A DNA stretch of 59,388 nucleotides from Catajapyx aquilonaris. Its lineage: Eukaryota. Below, one piece after another: positions 1 through 14,200 of this stretch (positions are counted from its first letter, which is position 1; each line of letters opens with the position of its first letter). The translations under genes and the position numbers were made by a program. The notes beneath the pieces were generated by a model. The model was not told the origin of the DNA, made no database searches, and saw only the letters and a program-made list of their open reading frames with translations. The stretch covers positions 1 through 59,388 of the forward strand of contig KZ538608.1 of NCBI GenBank assembly GCA_000934665.2, given 5' to 3'.

Positions 1-1606
1 GCAAGGAAGTCCTTCACTGCTGAGGTCGGCTGCTTCATTTGCATTGGACCTACACACACGCGCAGGTGGTGCAGGTAGGTAGTAGGTGGCGGAAGACGAA
101 TGGCCCTGCCCGTTTTTGGTCGCCCCCCTCTAACTTGGCCCCGGGGCCAGGTCACTGTCTTGACTAGAGGAAATGTTACGTCAAAGTAAACAACACGGTG
201 AAGTAGTGATACTGTCATACTATAGATGGAATTTTTTTAACGAACGCAACCGAGTGCGCACCCACACTCGCGCAGCTTCCTTGTTGCCTATGAGGCAAAT
301 ACTCTATTTTCCGGCACATAAGACGCCTTTTTTTTACCTCAAAAAAGCCTCTGAGGTTCATTGAGATTTGCCAACGTCTCAAACGTCGGCCATTTTCTCT
401 TCCAAGCGTAGCGTTGGAAATAAATGCAGCGCTACACTGAGAGCTTATCAGCCATCATTGTTAATGCCAACCATGCACTCTGCGCGAACTGTGGTGCGCA
501 GTCGGTTGCGTTCGTTAAAAACTCCACCTGTAGGTAGCCTCTTAGAAGACGGGAAGGAAATCGGTAGATGGCGCAGGCTGCTTCTTTTCAAATTGCGGTA
601 CGACATGACGGAGGTGTTTTAATATGCCGGATTTAGCGTACTGAGTCCGAGCCCGGTTTTAATGAAGTCGGCAGGGGGTTGCGCAGTCGTAACCCGGAAT
701 CAAAACCGTTTACGATGATTAACCCGATCGTTTGGCGACGAGCTTGGGGGGAAAAAACAAGGCGGTGAAAAATTATGGGCATTAATCAAGCCCCTCTTGT
801 CGCGCTCCCGGGTTTAAAATATAGCCATGTTGAAGTACCTTCCTTAACAATTCAATCCGACAGGATAATACCCATTTTTGGGGGAGGAACCAGAACCGTT
901 TTATGCTGGCCAAAGTTTGACTGCCAGTGCAGGGGAGTTGCTCAGAAACTATTGTTGGACTCGGCGTTTCCTTTGACGGAGGTTCAAGTGGGCAAGTACG
1001 GGTTTGACATCATAAAGGATCCGAGTGTCATCCAAAGTTGGGTTGGCAAACTAGGGCGCGAGGGAGACGGTTCACTGCCTAATTGTAGCCTACAGTGCCG
1101 CGAGGTGGTGTCTGGAAGGAAGTTTGGGAGACCCTGTTTTTGTCACCAGGTTTTGGTGACCTGGGCACGTACAGGTGTAGATGAGGATGAGGGGGGTACG
1201 TACAGTATCGCAGGACGTTCAGCAAATTGGTCTAAGCCAATGTGGCACGTTTGGGTCCCCCAGGAAAGACGGTAATGACCCCCCCCCCACACACACACCT
1301 ATAATATTGCACTCCTGGGATTCAGACGAGGTCAAAATTGACCGGCTGCGATTCATGCCTAGTTTAAAGTTACACATGTTCATTTCAATAACCTGCCTTT
1401 TGTACACGGCGCAGGAAGTCGTAACCGCCATACAGGAGCCAAAGTGCGAAAAGTCACACTTCCGCGGCGTTCGTCATAAAAGTGTCACTTTTGTCAGGCC
1501 AGAATTGAACGACCGCGACACACCGTCTTGCAAGAACCCATATTAGTTGTGACAACTACCCGGATGAAAATGCCTGCAATGGAAACCCGTCGCCACAGCA
1601 ACCAAT

Positions 1607-1645
1607 GGACAAACAAACAAACTTTGCCTTTTATAATAATAAAGA
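1607..1645 (-). mobile_element. Helitron-like (Lep1-type) non-autonomous element 5' end
   Basis: Minus strand reads TCTTTATTATTATAAAAGGCAAAGTTTGTTTGTTTGTCC: a TC start, AT-rich leader and (GTTT)n, typical of arthropod non-autonomous Helitrons. Related fragments lie at 1763-1800 and 17979-18030. Confidence 0.55.
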
Positions 1646-2861
1646 CAGTGCGTCGTCCGTAATTTTCCTGATTGGTTGTTGATTAGACTGCTGTTACTAT
1701 ATCAAATGAGAAGCAAGGAAAAAAATTGTTGCCATAATTAGTAACAAACCTGGACATACCACCAACCAAACAAACGAACAAACAAACTTTGCCTTTTTTG
1801 CAAACATTGCCCAGAAGTTTGGAGACCCCCCCCCCNCCCCCCCCCCCCCCAAGGTGTATTTTTATATAAAGAAATCTGCACTGGTTGTAGAGGCAGATGC
1901 GACTGAAAATGCGGTTTAGTAAGTTGAAGCTTGCGGAGTCCTTCTCTCTGGCAGTTTAGCGCCTCTTTCCAGCATGTTCCCTCCCCCTCTCCCGGTGAAG
2001 CGAAGTAGACTCGTCCTCCGCCTGCCCTGCCCTCTGGCGCCAAGTTCAAAAACGGGGGAGTTTCGTGCTGCCAGTCGAGCTTAGGCAAGCTCAGAGGGTA
2101 GGTTGGCACCGGGGTGGGGTCTGTGTGCCGCCTCCACAAAATTATAAAGTGACAAGTGCGCGTGCTAAGTGACCCCCCCGATGCATACAGTGTAAGTGGT
2201 CAACACCGGACCCCTGCCAGGTCAACCCCCCCATTTTGTAATCATGGTAATATTTATCACCTGACCTGGCAGGGTAAAAAAAAAGTGAGTGAAGTGAGTG
2301 GCATTGGAATAATCATACCTTGCTTTTTACCAGCTCGACTGCAGGGTGACGCCTGGAAGAAAAAGTTCGGGTAAGTAATAGCACATCCATTCATTTGAGA
2401 AGGTGACCTAGAAAAAAAGAAAAGCTGTTTTTAAAACCCTATTCTGATAACCAATTCAAGCTGACCTCGCCTGACTTCCAGGATGGCTATAAAAACATGC
2501 ACTACAGAGGCGCCGGAATGTTAATAACATCCATGGGGCGTGTGTGTTTGTGTGTGTGGGCATGTGGAGTGTGTGTGGGAAGTACTGCGACTTTTCGGCA
2601 CCAGACCTCCCCAATTTTGGGACCACCTAAATGGCCTGTGAAAAATGCCGAAGAGTCGAGTAATGTGTAGGATGCCTTCCGGAGCGGTGGCCAAAAACGG
2701 TGGTTGGGGGTTAGCCCAAAATGGCGGATGGTTTCACAGGGGGAAATATGGTGTGGAAAATGGCCTGAGTTGCCAAATGGTCGAGTCACAACAAACTATA
2801 GCGCTGAAGCCAAAGATGGCCGGTAAATGTAGCCGCTAAATAAACATGTATGCGCGAAAAT

Positions 2862-3346
2862 TGGTGTCAACACGCTAATTACTCGCCAAAATTAATTGGT
2901 AGTAAAAATAAGGTTCGTTAGCACCTGGCAACCCACACGCGCTCAGAGTAGCCAGATGACAAAATGGCCGCGGCAGTGTGACCAACTTTGCCAAGTTGAG
3001 GCATGGTAACCGGTCAAGTCACAATAACTATACGCATAATATACGAGTAGTTAAGCAAATAATTACTCGCAAAAATTAAGGATCGTTAGCACCACCGTGG
3101 TTAGCACCTTGAAATCCACACGCTCTCAGAGTAGCCAGATGACAAAATGGCCGCGACAGTGTGACCAACTTTGCCAGGTTGAGCCGGATGGTCAAGCCCC
3201 AATAATTACTACTTTAACATTAAAATGGTGTCAACATGCTAATTACTCGCCAAAATTAAGGATCGTTAGCACCTTGAAATCCACACGCGCTCAGCGTAGC
3301 CAGATGACAAAATGGTCGCGGCAGTGTGACCAACTTTGACAGTTGA
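2862..3346. repeat. Three diverged tandem copies of a ~170-185 bp unit
   Basis: The core CTCAG(A/C)GTAGCCAGATGACAAAATGG(C/T)CGCG(G/A)CAGTGTGACCAACTTTG recurs at ~2942, ~3125 and ~3290, each preceded by TAATTACTCGC..AAAATTAA...CGTTAGCACC. Confidence 0.9.
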
Positions 3347-6300
3347 CGCGTGTGTTTTTGAAGTTGTTCACAAGTTTGCGTTGACAAAGCGTAACAGATA
3401 TTTCATTCGTGTCGTTTACACTTTTAAGCATGCTGCCGGAGCGACCATTTTTATTTCCAACCAGGGTTCCTTTTTTTTCTTTCTTACTGATCCTTCTTGA
3501 AAGTCTGGCTCATTGTGGGCCAGGACAGGTTTGACGAGTTCATTTGGAAGCTTCCAGTTCACGTGGACATAAGCCAGGTGTATCTGGAACCATTAGGCAG
3601 GGAGGGCAACAATAGTGGGGGTTGAATTTATAAATACAGCGACGTTTATGGCGCTTTAATCATAATTTTATCCGGCTTTAATACAAATCGGATTAATACT
3701 TTGTCACTAGATCCGGATCGGGTCCTGGAATGGCGTCGAGATTGGCTGATTGAAGTGGGTTACGTTGCCATGCTCACAGGGATCCCCGTACACTAAAGAA
3801 CAGCCGTGGCTGATACGCGCTGATTGGTGTGTTCCAACAACTACCTAGAAACCAACGACAACAGTGTGAACTTAAAAAGGGCAATGGCCTCACTTGCAAA
3901 TCCATGTTGACCGAACAGGGGTAGCTGTGCCAGTATTGAAATCGCATCCACAGTTGCAAGGATGTAGGTAAACGAACCGCATTATTTGGGCGATGACCAT
4001 CGACAAAAAAAAAAAAAAGTCGAGCAAACCAAAAAACCGGTTTTTAGAGTGTTGGAGCGGCTAGAAAACTAAGGCAATATCCAGGCAGGGTCTTAATCAA
4101 GTTTAAGCCAATAATTGGCAGGGATCGATTCCCCCCCACACAGTTTTTTGTGTGTTACATAGTCAGGATCCCGATACCAATCCCCCCCGATCGCTTGTGT
4201 TAACAATCGATCCGCATTCTGTTTTCCGACAATAACGATCTTATTTACTTTCCAGCAGTTCACCCCCTCCCTTCTACCGGTTTCATATGTGCATAATTTG
4301 CGATTTGGGCAGCTGTTTGAAGGGGGATGCCGGAATAATCGGTCCATTTAAGCGGGGATGATCCCGAGGACTTATGTAACGCTCATTTACACTCAGTTTT
4401 TAGCAGCGATTTTTTTTTCTGTGTGTTCAAATAGCTGCGATTTTTTGAAGCGCGATCGGTCAGAGGGGGTAGTATCCCCATGGCCACAAACTTTCATTCA
4501 TGAAGAGGATGGGAGAGAAGGGCCCTTTCCATTCCGCTACTTGCGCACCATTTGCTGCCCAGTCCCGCAGAAAATGGCTCCGGATTTTGCAGCGTTTTGT
4601 GCCGCAACTGACTATGCAGCTTTGTTACAGCTCTTTTTTTTTTGTAGCAGATTAGGTGCTGTCATGTGTCAGAGGGTATGTATATATACATACCCTCTGA
4701 CACATGACTAAGCCACGTAACATGGTGCTCTTACCTGAAGCGCTTTTAACTACTGCCATATTATGACGTCAGGAAGGAGCGCTTTTGTTACTATGTTGCT
4801 CCATAAGTTTTTGGGAGGCGAAAAGAAGCAACTGGTGCAGAGATCGGAACCAGAACTAGAGGAGCGTGAAGGCTGGCTAATCCGTGATGATAAGAGCCGA
4901 GTTGGGTTTGGCAACACCCGGAGATGCTGACAAAGTGGAAAGATTTTTGCCCCGGAAAATACGGGGGGGAAAAAAATTCATGATGGCAATATGGAAACGC
5001 CTGGAGCCCCCCCTCTAAGCGGTCGAAATGTGGGTCAGCGACATGAGTGGACACATATGAGCATCTCCCCTTGGCCCATTGTATGCAAATCTGCGGCGGC
5101 TTGTGGGAGTCGACTTTGCTCGACCGAAAGAGGAGGGGGGAATAATTATGAGGCAGTGTTGCCAATTTATCCGCAATTAGCTGCATTGTAAGGAAAGGAA
5201 TGATCCAGCTGCCTTCCATTTTTTTTTTCTGGCTCCTTTCTATAAGGAGTGTTATTATGGGCTTCCTTATTAGGATTTTTTTTGGCGCTTTTTTGCAAGC
5301 GCTTCCTGCCCGTTGGATGGCGCTCTTTTCTGGTAGCTCATGCTACATTGAAATTATTTTATTGCCCATTAAGCATGACGCAGTGCAGCGTTTCAACTCC
5401 TCCCGCAGTCGACGAACGCAGCTCTCTCTGTACTACCTCCCTAGAATTCTAAAACACACCACTGCACGTTGCGGTGTGGTGCAAAAAAAAATATTCGCGA
5501 ACTTTTTTTTTATAGCGATAAGCTCGACCTTGCGTAAAAGTATGTAAGGCGCCCTACCGGCGCTTTACCTGTAATCAGAAATCACATGACGCGTCAAAAG
5601 TGGGAAACATTACAAGTCGAGGCAGATACACATGTTAGACCGCACGTTATGCGTGCAACGACTCAATCTCATAACGTATGCGAGTCTCACATGTCGAACA
5701 GACAATTTCTGGTATCGCCCGGTATTTGCACGGAAATACGACCAGTACTGTAGAATGATATCCATGGTGTCGAGGACTAGCCGAAATTGCTTCCCAGTAA
5801 TTAGTCCAGGCTGGAATTGAAGGAACTGATTTGCGACCTGGAACTTTTGTTGGTAAGTCCCACGCAGATTCTCTCAATATTTTATTATAATGTCCATACT
5901 CGGGCCATTGTTATTGGATAGCAATTTGCGATCAGGACCTGAGGGTACTTAACTACTTTTTTGGAATTTTTTGGAGGAAAAGAAGGGTCCGTGGCTCGGT
6001 CGGCTGCTCTCTTTCCAGTCGGGCAAATCCTCATTGGTGTAATTACGATTCAGGCGCTCCACTCTGGAAAGTAATTATCAGGCGGGTTCAGGCTGCCAAA
6101 GAGGCTTTGGGAAAGCACAAAAAGGCGGTATAGTAAGGGGGGTGCAGCCTGCGAGCAAGATCAAACCTGACAGTGGAGGTCCGGAGGGGTTGAAAATGGC
6201 CCGTACATCTCTTTGTGCTCTAAGTTCAGCCATTACCTCACTTCCTTCAGGCTAGGTAACGCCAGGGAATATGAGTACAAAAAGGCCCGTCAAGTGAGGA

Positions 6301-8333
6301 TCGTTACAGGCGGTTATACAGGTGAGAATAGTTAGCACCTTTTTGGGGGGGCGCTGTGACGAGCGAACCAGGAACTACAGCGACAGGAGCGACACTGAAC
6401 GACTGGTCGAGAAACTAGGGGGTTCCAGGAAGGTTTTCATTTCCGGCTGCCATTGTTGCCGGATTTACGAGCCATCAGCTCGCATTTACACTGGCGGTAG
6501 GAGGATATCCCAGATGTGCCAAGGAAGTCGTAACTTTGTAGCTGAGGTTGTAAGGCAGCAAGGCGGTGTTTTTTTTTTTTTTTTTTGAGGGGGGTGGGGC
6601 GAGGTAGTAAGTTTTTGGCCCAGGTGCCGTCACCTGTGTTCACAGAGCCCCGTAAAATGTAATCGGGCGCCTATTCCGAGCAAGTTAACCCCGGTGGTTG
6701 GCCCCTCATTGTGCTACGCAGAATCCGGAAATTTTGTGCCCGTAAATTTTTATTAAAATTTGAGATAAACTGCAAGCGGCTTTACATGCCAAGGCGCATA
6801 TATGAAGAAAAAAAAGAGTTAAAAACACAAACCCACGCCCGACGTAAATACGTACTTCCTGTTAAAGTTTCATGAGTACATGCAAATGAGATGTAAAAGA
6901 CCTGTTTTCCTCAACTTGAGGTTTAAAAAAAATGTACACACCCACAGGCACGCGGGTAGAGAGAGAAAAAAACGGTAAACTCAAGGCAGCCTCCGAGATT
7001 GGCAATTGATAGATGGTTCTTGAGTAATGCCAGTCATATCTGGACGTGAGGAATGTATGTGATTCTAGTCTTGACATGTTTTATCATATACGCGGACTCT
7101 TAAAAATAGCACTGACGTATAACACGCAGCCTTTTAATTAGTAACATTGTTGCCATTTGTCAACACTTCTGCTGAATGCATTATGCCAGCACATAGCACA
7201 ATATCAATAACATAATAGGAATAATTAATGTAATATGTATTGACCTGATTAATTCACAATTTATGATATACCATAATGTACAATATTATGCGAGTCCACA
7301 CATTATTACGAATAGGCTCCAGTACTTCCGCATCATGTAAAGTCACGAGTAATCGTAATCAAGTGTACACTCGAACGAAGGGGTGGCCGACCCTCTGTAC
7401 ATAATATGAGGATCCCATATTTATCCTGAGGCTTCCAGACGAGGAAAAATTATCCAACGACACGTCGCTATTTTTTTTTTACGCAAGAGAGGTTGAGTCA
7501 GCGCCATATTTGTTCATTACCAACCAAGGTGCATAGCGCCCAGAATTAATGGCGGAGAAACGAGGACACGGTGAGGAAAATGAGTTGTCTCCATCCAGGC
7601 GCCAGCTATTGTGACCTTCCTACGTACCTGCATGCTTTAAATTTAAAAAAAGCTGTCCATTGACAATTCAAGCATTACAGGAGATTGGCTGTAAATACTA
7701 GAGCGCTATCAGTGTAAACTTTGGCGTTATCGACATTTTTTTTCCTTTCCTTACTAAAAGTCTAGGAGGCTTGGCTTCTTATCTCCCCTCATGGCGCCAA
7801 TACCGCGGCGCCTAATAAGTCATTTGAGAAGTTTTTTTTTTTTTCGAAAGAGAGCAAAGAGTTCTCTCCTGAAGTCGAGTCGTTACACTTTTTTGGGGGG
7901 TAAGTACCCCCAGACACCGATCGTTATTGCATTAGTGCAAGCCCTATGATAAGATACCCCCCCTCTTTTGTGGGGAGGATTGACTTGTCGAGTGTTTAGG
8001 TTCTGATTGGTGAAGGACCCATTTCTTGGTTGCCTTCATCAATCATGAGGCTTTGGGAGGTTGAATATTATGTGATGTGTGGAAGTGGACTTTGCTCGGC
8101 GCCGTGTATACTGCCTTGAGAGGTCTTTTGGTGGCTCTGATTTCCATGCGTTCATCACCCACGCACTCACACTTGACTTGAAGGTTGTGCCCATGAATGT
8201 ACGAGGATGTTGCGTCACAGTTGGAATGCTACATACACAATGCTACAATCAATGTGATCGTGGCATAAATGAATGGTGGCAGATTTATTACTAAATATAT
8301 TTTTGTTGGATTTTTTAAAAAAATATTGGGGGA

Positions 8334-8396
8334 GAATTTTCGTCCCACTTCTAGTTACTGCTAAGTTAGCAGTAACTAGCAGTGGGACGGAAATTC
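8334..8396. mobile_element. 63-bp near-perfect palindrome; internally deleted copy of a small foldback MITE
   Basis: The 31-bp arms GAATTTTCGTCCCACTTCTAGTTACTGCTAA and TTAGCAGTAACTAGCAGTGGGACGGAAATTC have 2 mismatches and a 1-nt spacer. The same arms occur at 53489-53591. Confidence 0.75.
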
Positions 8397-10779
8397 CACC
8401 AATTTATCTTATGATCAAACTATAGAAGTAGACACCCAGGCCGACAACTATCAAATCAATAGTTCCTCCTCCCACCCACCAGAGGCGCGTCATTCTTCGA
8501 TTGCGCAGGCGCAGAACGGGGGCCAATCAGCAGCGTCGCGCAAACAATATACAGCCAGCCAATCAGAAGCCTCGGTCATACAACGATATTAAAGTGTAGC
8601 CTAAAAATGCCCTCACCTTTTTCTAGGCCTGCGTCCTGGGGTGAAGGCCGTATTGTTAATCGCGTAGGGCTTAGCCAGTGATGACGCCCATGGGATCCAA
8701 CATATATGGGTTAATTATTAAAACGCATCGTATGGGAGCCTGTTGGTCAGCCAACGGCGATTTATTTATTGCTCGTATATTGCCCACCTTTTATGCAACA
8801 CGTGCAAGATTTACACCTGAAGGGCTGTAGTTGCCAATGAATGAGCGAATAGAAGGGTTGGGGGGTGAACATGACGGACCGGAATCGATGCAAATTGGCG
8901 CAAAAACGGGGGCGCATTTTCCATCAAGTTCTGGCAGGCCTCCCCTGGATTGTTTAGCAGCTCTAATTATTCATCCCCCTGCTGATTGGTCAAGGCCTGG
9001 TTCGCAGATTCTGGATTTTCTGGGCAGGTGAACCGGGCGTGTGCTAATTAGTGGGAGCTGGGTTTTTTTTTTTTTTTGGCAAAAGTGTGGACCACGTGCC
9101 TTTGCCTGTCCAGCACCTGTCATCCCGATGGCCCCGATCGCCGGCTAATGAATCGGGCCAGCTCTAATTGGACGTCCAAGTGCACCAACAGTACTGGGAT
9201 CTAGGGAAAAATAGTGACTGGGTGAAAGGGACCCCGGCTGCTAATTAGGGCTGCACCTAGGGGCGGGGTGACTCGGGTCATTTGCAAGGATTCGACATGT
9301 CGGTTACTGAGCCTGTAACGTGACCATAAACAAGGGCAGGGTTATCAGCCGATTTCCACGTGGTCGAAATTTTATTTTTATATTTTTATATAAAAAAAGG
9401 ACGTGATTAAGTTGGCTGCAACTGTCGGGACACGACAATGATCGATCGGATATCGATTCGCGGTGCGTGTGACTAGTCATTACCTGGCCTGTACAGTGGC
9501 TAGGAAAGTTGTGGAGATAAGAAAAGCTGGGGCGTAAAGTTATACTGGCAAACAAGGGCAGAAGCGCGGTTTTAATTAGAAATGCAATGCAGCCTTGGGT
9601 AATGGAATTGGCAGGTAGCATCTTGATTGGAGTTGCTGCCATGATAACGAGGCATCCCTGGGAATCCAATTTCCTCTTCACCCTTCTTTTTTCTTCTGGT
9701 ATAGATAGGGAGGAAAGTTAGGCAGATCATCTTGCCATCATACCATTTCCCCAGTCAAGAATGTATACCTCAGATGAGCATCGGCTTTTCGAGATCCGCC
9801 CCTCATGGTGAGCCGCTTTTTGATTAGAAATGTTCCGGGCGCTTTATGGGAGTCTAGCGTGATTCAGACCCATCCGCACGTTTTCTGGGGGGGTTCTTAC
9901 AACTACATCCTGCACATGTGCACATGCGTTTCAGGGGTGTGGGAAGAAAAAAAGGCAGGCTTCCTGGGTCCAACTTTACTGGGAGGTTAACCCAGATATT
10001 ATCATTTGCTAATTTAAAAATATATGTTCAAAAAATATTTATTGACAAAGTATATGAACAGGTGATATTGGTCGCACGAGTGTAAGCCCCCTCTAATTTT
10101 TTGTTGCACCTATTTCCCCCCCTGAGTGTTCACGCAAGTGCTGGAGTGAACAACACACAAAATGGATCGATATGAGTTGTTTTTATGAANNNNNNNNNNN
10201 NNNNNNNNNNNNNCCCATTATATTTTTGGTCGGGCCAAACAGCACGGGGTGTGCCAAGTTTGAGAGTCAACCCCACGAAGAGCAAGCAGCACGCTCTCTG
10301 CACAGGACAGTAAAAATAACCCCCGGGGGTTGACAAGAGAGACAGAGAGAGAGAGAAAAAGAGGCGCAACGTCCTCTTCTCTCTAATAGGTTAAAAAATA
10401 GAGCTAGAGAGAGATCCGTGCAACTTCTGTAAATATGCGAATCGATAGCCGCACGTGCGTTTGCTGACATGTGACAAGTGTCTTACACGAACGGACGGTG
10501 GGTTGCATGCCGGCCCTGCTTCCAATCCATGCGTGCCTTCCTGGGGGTAGTTTTGGTGTCATTTTTGGTATGAAGGAAATGGCTCCAGCTTATCCGGAAG
10601 TACTGCCCGTTTGTGCACACCATTGGTATGGCATGTACTAGCTGCTATAAAAAAATTAAATCTATATTAAATACCAAGTAGGTATTAAACGACTAAAGAA
10701 ACCTCTTAAAATAGCTACATTATATTAATAATTATTAGCAAAATATAACATGCTGAAATAACTATTAATCATTAAAACG

Positions 10780-11200
10780 AAAGCTGTTAAAATAACTTAA
10801 GCGACTTACGAAACCTATTAATAGCTAGTGAAATACAACATGTGCAAAGAACTATTAGAATACATTATCATTTAATATGTTAAAATAACTGCATGTAACA
10901 CGTGAAACGAACTATTTTGTGTTAAAATAAATGCATGTAACACGTTGAAATAACTGGTATTAATCGCTATTGAAATAATCGCCATAGAAGGGATTAAATA
11001 GTTAAAATAACTATTAGAATACGTTATGTTAAACTGAATAACTGCATGTAACACGTTGAAATAACTAGTGTTGATCGCTATTGAAATGAAAGGTGTTAAA
11101 TAGTTACAATAACGATTAGAGTGCATGTTAAAATAATTTAGGATGTAACTTACTATTAATTAGTATAGCTATTAAAATGAAAGGTGTTAAAATAAGTATT
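10780..11200. repeat. AT-rich degenerate tandem repeat
   Basis: Recurrent GTTAAAATAA, TGCATGTAACACGTTGAAATAACT and ATCGCTATTGAAAT blocks, with a higher-order period of roughly 110 bp. Confidence 0.75.
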
Positions 11201-14200
11201 CTTGAAAACTGCTTAGAGTCAGTTTCTTAACGGACAGTTAAAATGTTGGAGACGTCATCTTGGGCAGATTGGGTGACATCACATTTTTCCGGCTGGAAAT
11301 CGGTCCATCCCATTCCGATTTCCTCAGCCGTCATGTCTCATTTTTTGGGGGGCAAAAAGCGGTCCTATTTCGACGTTGCAAAAAAAAATAGGATTTTTTT
11401 TGGGGTGCACAAAGGACGATAAGCTGTACAACGTCGGCTCTTCTTTTTCGCAGCGAGCGTTCAGGACAATGCAGCGCTTCAACTGTCCTGTCGGACAGAT
11501 AAAGACTTGGTCACGTGTCCGAGGTGGGGTCATTGTCGCCGACACTTTGTTGCCAAAAAGATTTTTTAAAGGGCAATTGCCTTGATTTTGCGGTGTCGTA
11601 ATAGGCCGAATGTTGGATGGATTGTTGGGGGTAACTTCACCCCCCCAAGCACATACCGGCTGTTCATGAATATTCAAGCGGTTTTCGAGAGAAGGGGGGG
11701 ACTTGTTTCCTCTCCATCTCTCTTCCATTTTAGAGTAGGGGTGGGAAGGGATGCTGCCCGGATCAGATGCCGGATTTTACGGCTGGTAATATCCGGTCGG
11801 GACTAGGGGTTGACACCGGCACACTTCTGGGAATAGGGCAAAGAACCCTGAGAGGATGGAGGGAGGGCAAAGGTCAGCGCCACACGCATGAATATGTCAC
11901 GGGCCTGCAAGTGGAGGAATGCAGCAGTGTCAATTGCGATTAGCGAATCGTGCGTTCAGTACGTGGCTGGCCAATATGTGGATGCCGACAAGGTCTATAG
12001 GGAAGCCGACGAAGATGATAATAGATTTAAATAGGGGAGCCCCCCCCCGAGAGGGTGGGTTTTGCAGCTGCGATAATGCAAGACACCCACGGTACTTCAT
12101 TCATCATTGTGGGGGAGAGCTGTTTTTATTGGCATCTTATCACTGGTAGACGGGAAATCTGGCGCCGATAGTCTAATCTCCGTGCTAAAGTTAGTGTTCA
12201 GTGTGTGATTAAATGTCACTTATTGTTGGAAATTAAGCAAGGTTGATTTATTGCGTGGAAATGACGCAATTTCGTATTTTACACCGAAAAGCCGGCGCCA
12301 TTTTGAATTTCGTGTCGTCATACCGGAAGTGGACGCCATTTTGTATTCAAACCGGATATGGCGTCAGTGTTTGGTTACGTCACACCGGAAATTGCGACAC
12401 AAGCCATAAACAATAACAGGCCCGTAAAACTGAAAGGGGCCGCATTGTTGCAGGGCAATTGAGTTTCGCAGCGGGATTGAATCTCAGAGATTTGTAGTAT
12501 TTGGGTTTAGGGCCCCGGTGTTAATGAGAAACTGCCGCTCTCTTGTTTATGGAAGACCATGCGAGTGTTTCCCCCGTGGGGGCACCTGGAATCGGGGTTG
12601 CCAGCTGTTACCCTCCAAAAGTTTCGGGAGGGCGGTACAGATCAGAGGACCACCCAGAAAGTGCATTGTTGTCCGATATTGCGCAAGTGTCACTACTTAA
12701 AACCGGCCGTATTTTTAAATTGGAAAAAAAATGGGGGAGGCCGGGCTTGGAGCCAAAAGCTAGCCCCCACGTATCCGATTCCCACGATTCTTAATTGCGT
12801 GTAATTATAACTCTGTGTTGATTTAGGTTCCCGGAGTGGATGGGAATCGGTGTGTGCACGCATGAAGGCGGAATAATAACGGACGTATCTACCAAGATGG
12901 ACTTCTCTGCCACTCCCTCCATACCCCCTGAAAGATTTAAATATGTTCTCATTGTACCGTATTGGTTTGCTGAGGATTTTTTGGGACATCCTGTAGTTGG
13001 TGGGCCATTGACAGCTGGCAGTCTGAACGGGTCTTTTGTGTCCGAAAAGGTGGCAACAGGGATCGCTTCTGGAGGCTGCAGCTGCTGGGTTGCCACATTT
13101 GGGGTGGTGGTGGGGGGACCCAGGAATGCCAAGGACATGGGGAGGAGTAGACAAAAGAAGTTGAGGGCTTACCCCCAGGAAGGAAGGAACCAAGGGAGAG
13201 AGCCCCCCATTTCTGAGAAGAGTAGGAGGACCTGAAACAAATGGACGGGGCATGTGAAAGTTATTGGTGCCAAATGGCCTCCACTTCCAATCCAGGTGCT
13301 GAAGGACTTTGACCCAGAATATTCTGTTCAATCAATGAGTGCAGGGTACCGTAAGAGAAGCAAATGGCAGGACGGAATGGCTTAATTGCAGGGTGTACTA
13401 CTTGTATGCCTGGCTCCTCCACTTTAATGGTTGTTTGCAACAAATTTACAAGGACAAAACCGTGTGCTGGAGGATTCGAAGGGTGGGGATGGACCGGTTG
13501 TATCAGAAATCGGAGCTGTTACTTGCTGCCAATAATTATTGCCTGGAAGAAGAAAAAAAAAAAAACAAGGAGGAAAAAGGCCACGACTGCATGTAAATGA
13601 TTAATTGTTGTCAACAATAGTTACTTACTTACTTTCAACCTCCAATATGGTGCGAAATATATAAATCGTGCAACCACTTTGCAGGAAGAAGCCCAAGGAT
13701 TCGTATGGTGTACAGACCACTTACGCAGATTTCATGATCCGATAGTAAAGTGAAAAACAGCGCCTTGACCCCTTATTAATTGGGCCTGTAATTGTTGCAA
13801 ACAATAACGAGGGGGTAAACAAGGGCTGTTTTTCATCAGCTATCGCAAAACCTTATCTGCTGTTCACAAAGTTACGAGACGGTTCCACTATTATTATTCA
13901 TGCGCATAATTGACAATTTTTTTAAAACTCCGAACAATTGATACGCACCCGTAGTTTTTGCAACGTAATGAAATGTTATGATGTTCTTGTAAATGGCAAA
14001 TGGCATCAACTTTTATTATATAAATTTAATTAGCCCCGCTTTGTTGTTATGAAATATTTCCGGCTCATTAACCTTTAGTGGTGCAGCCAGTCTTTATTGA
14101 CACGTTGTTTACCTGTTGTGTCCGCGGGGCTATTCCGGGACTTCCCATGCACGTATATTTTTTATTGATGTTTAGTCTCCCATGAAGTCACCAATACACA

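Noticed and set aside
12693..13331. 212-aa minus-strand ORF as a gene
   Set aside because: No recognisable domain or splice support; kept only as part of a speculative decayed-element finding.
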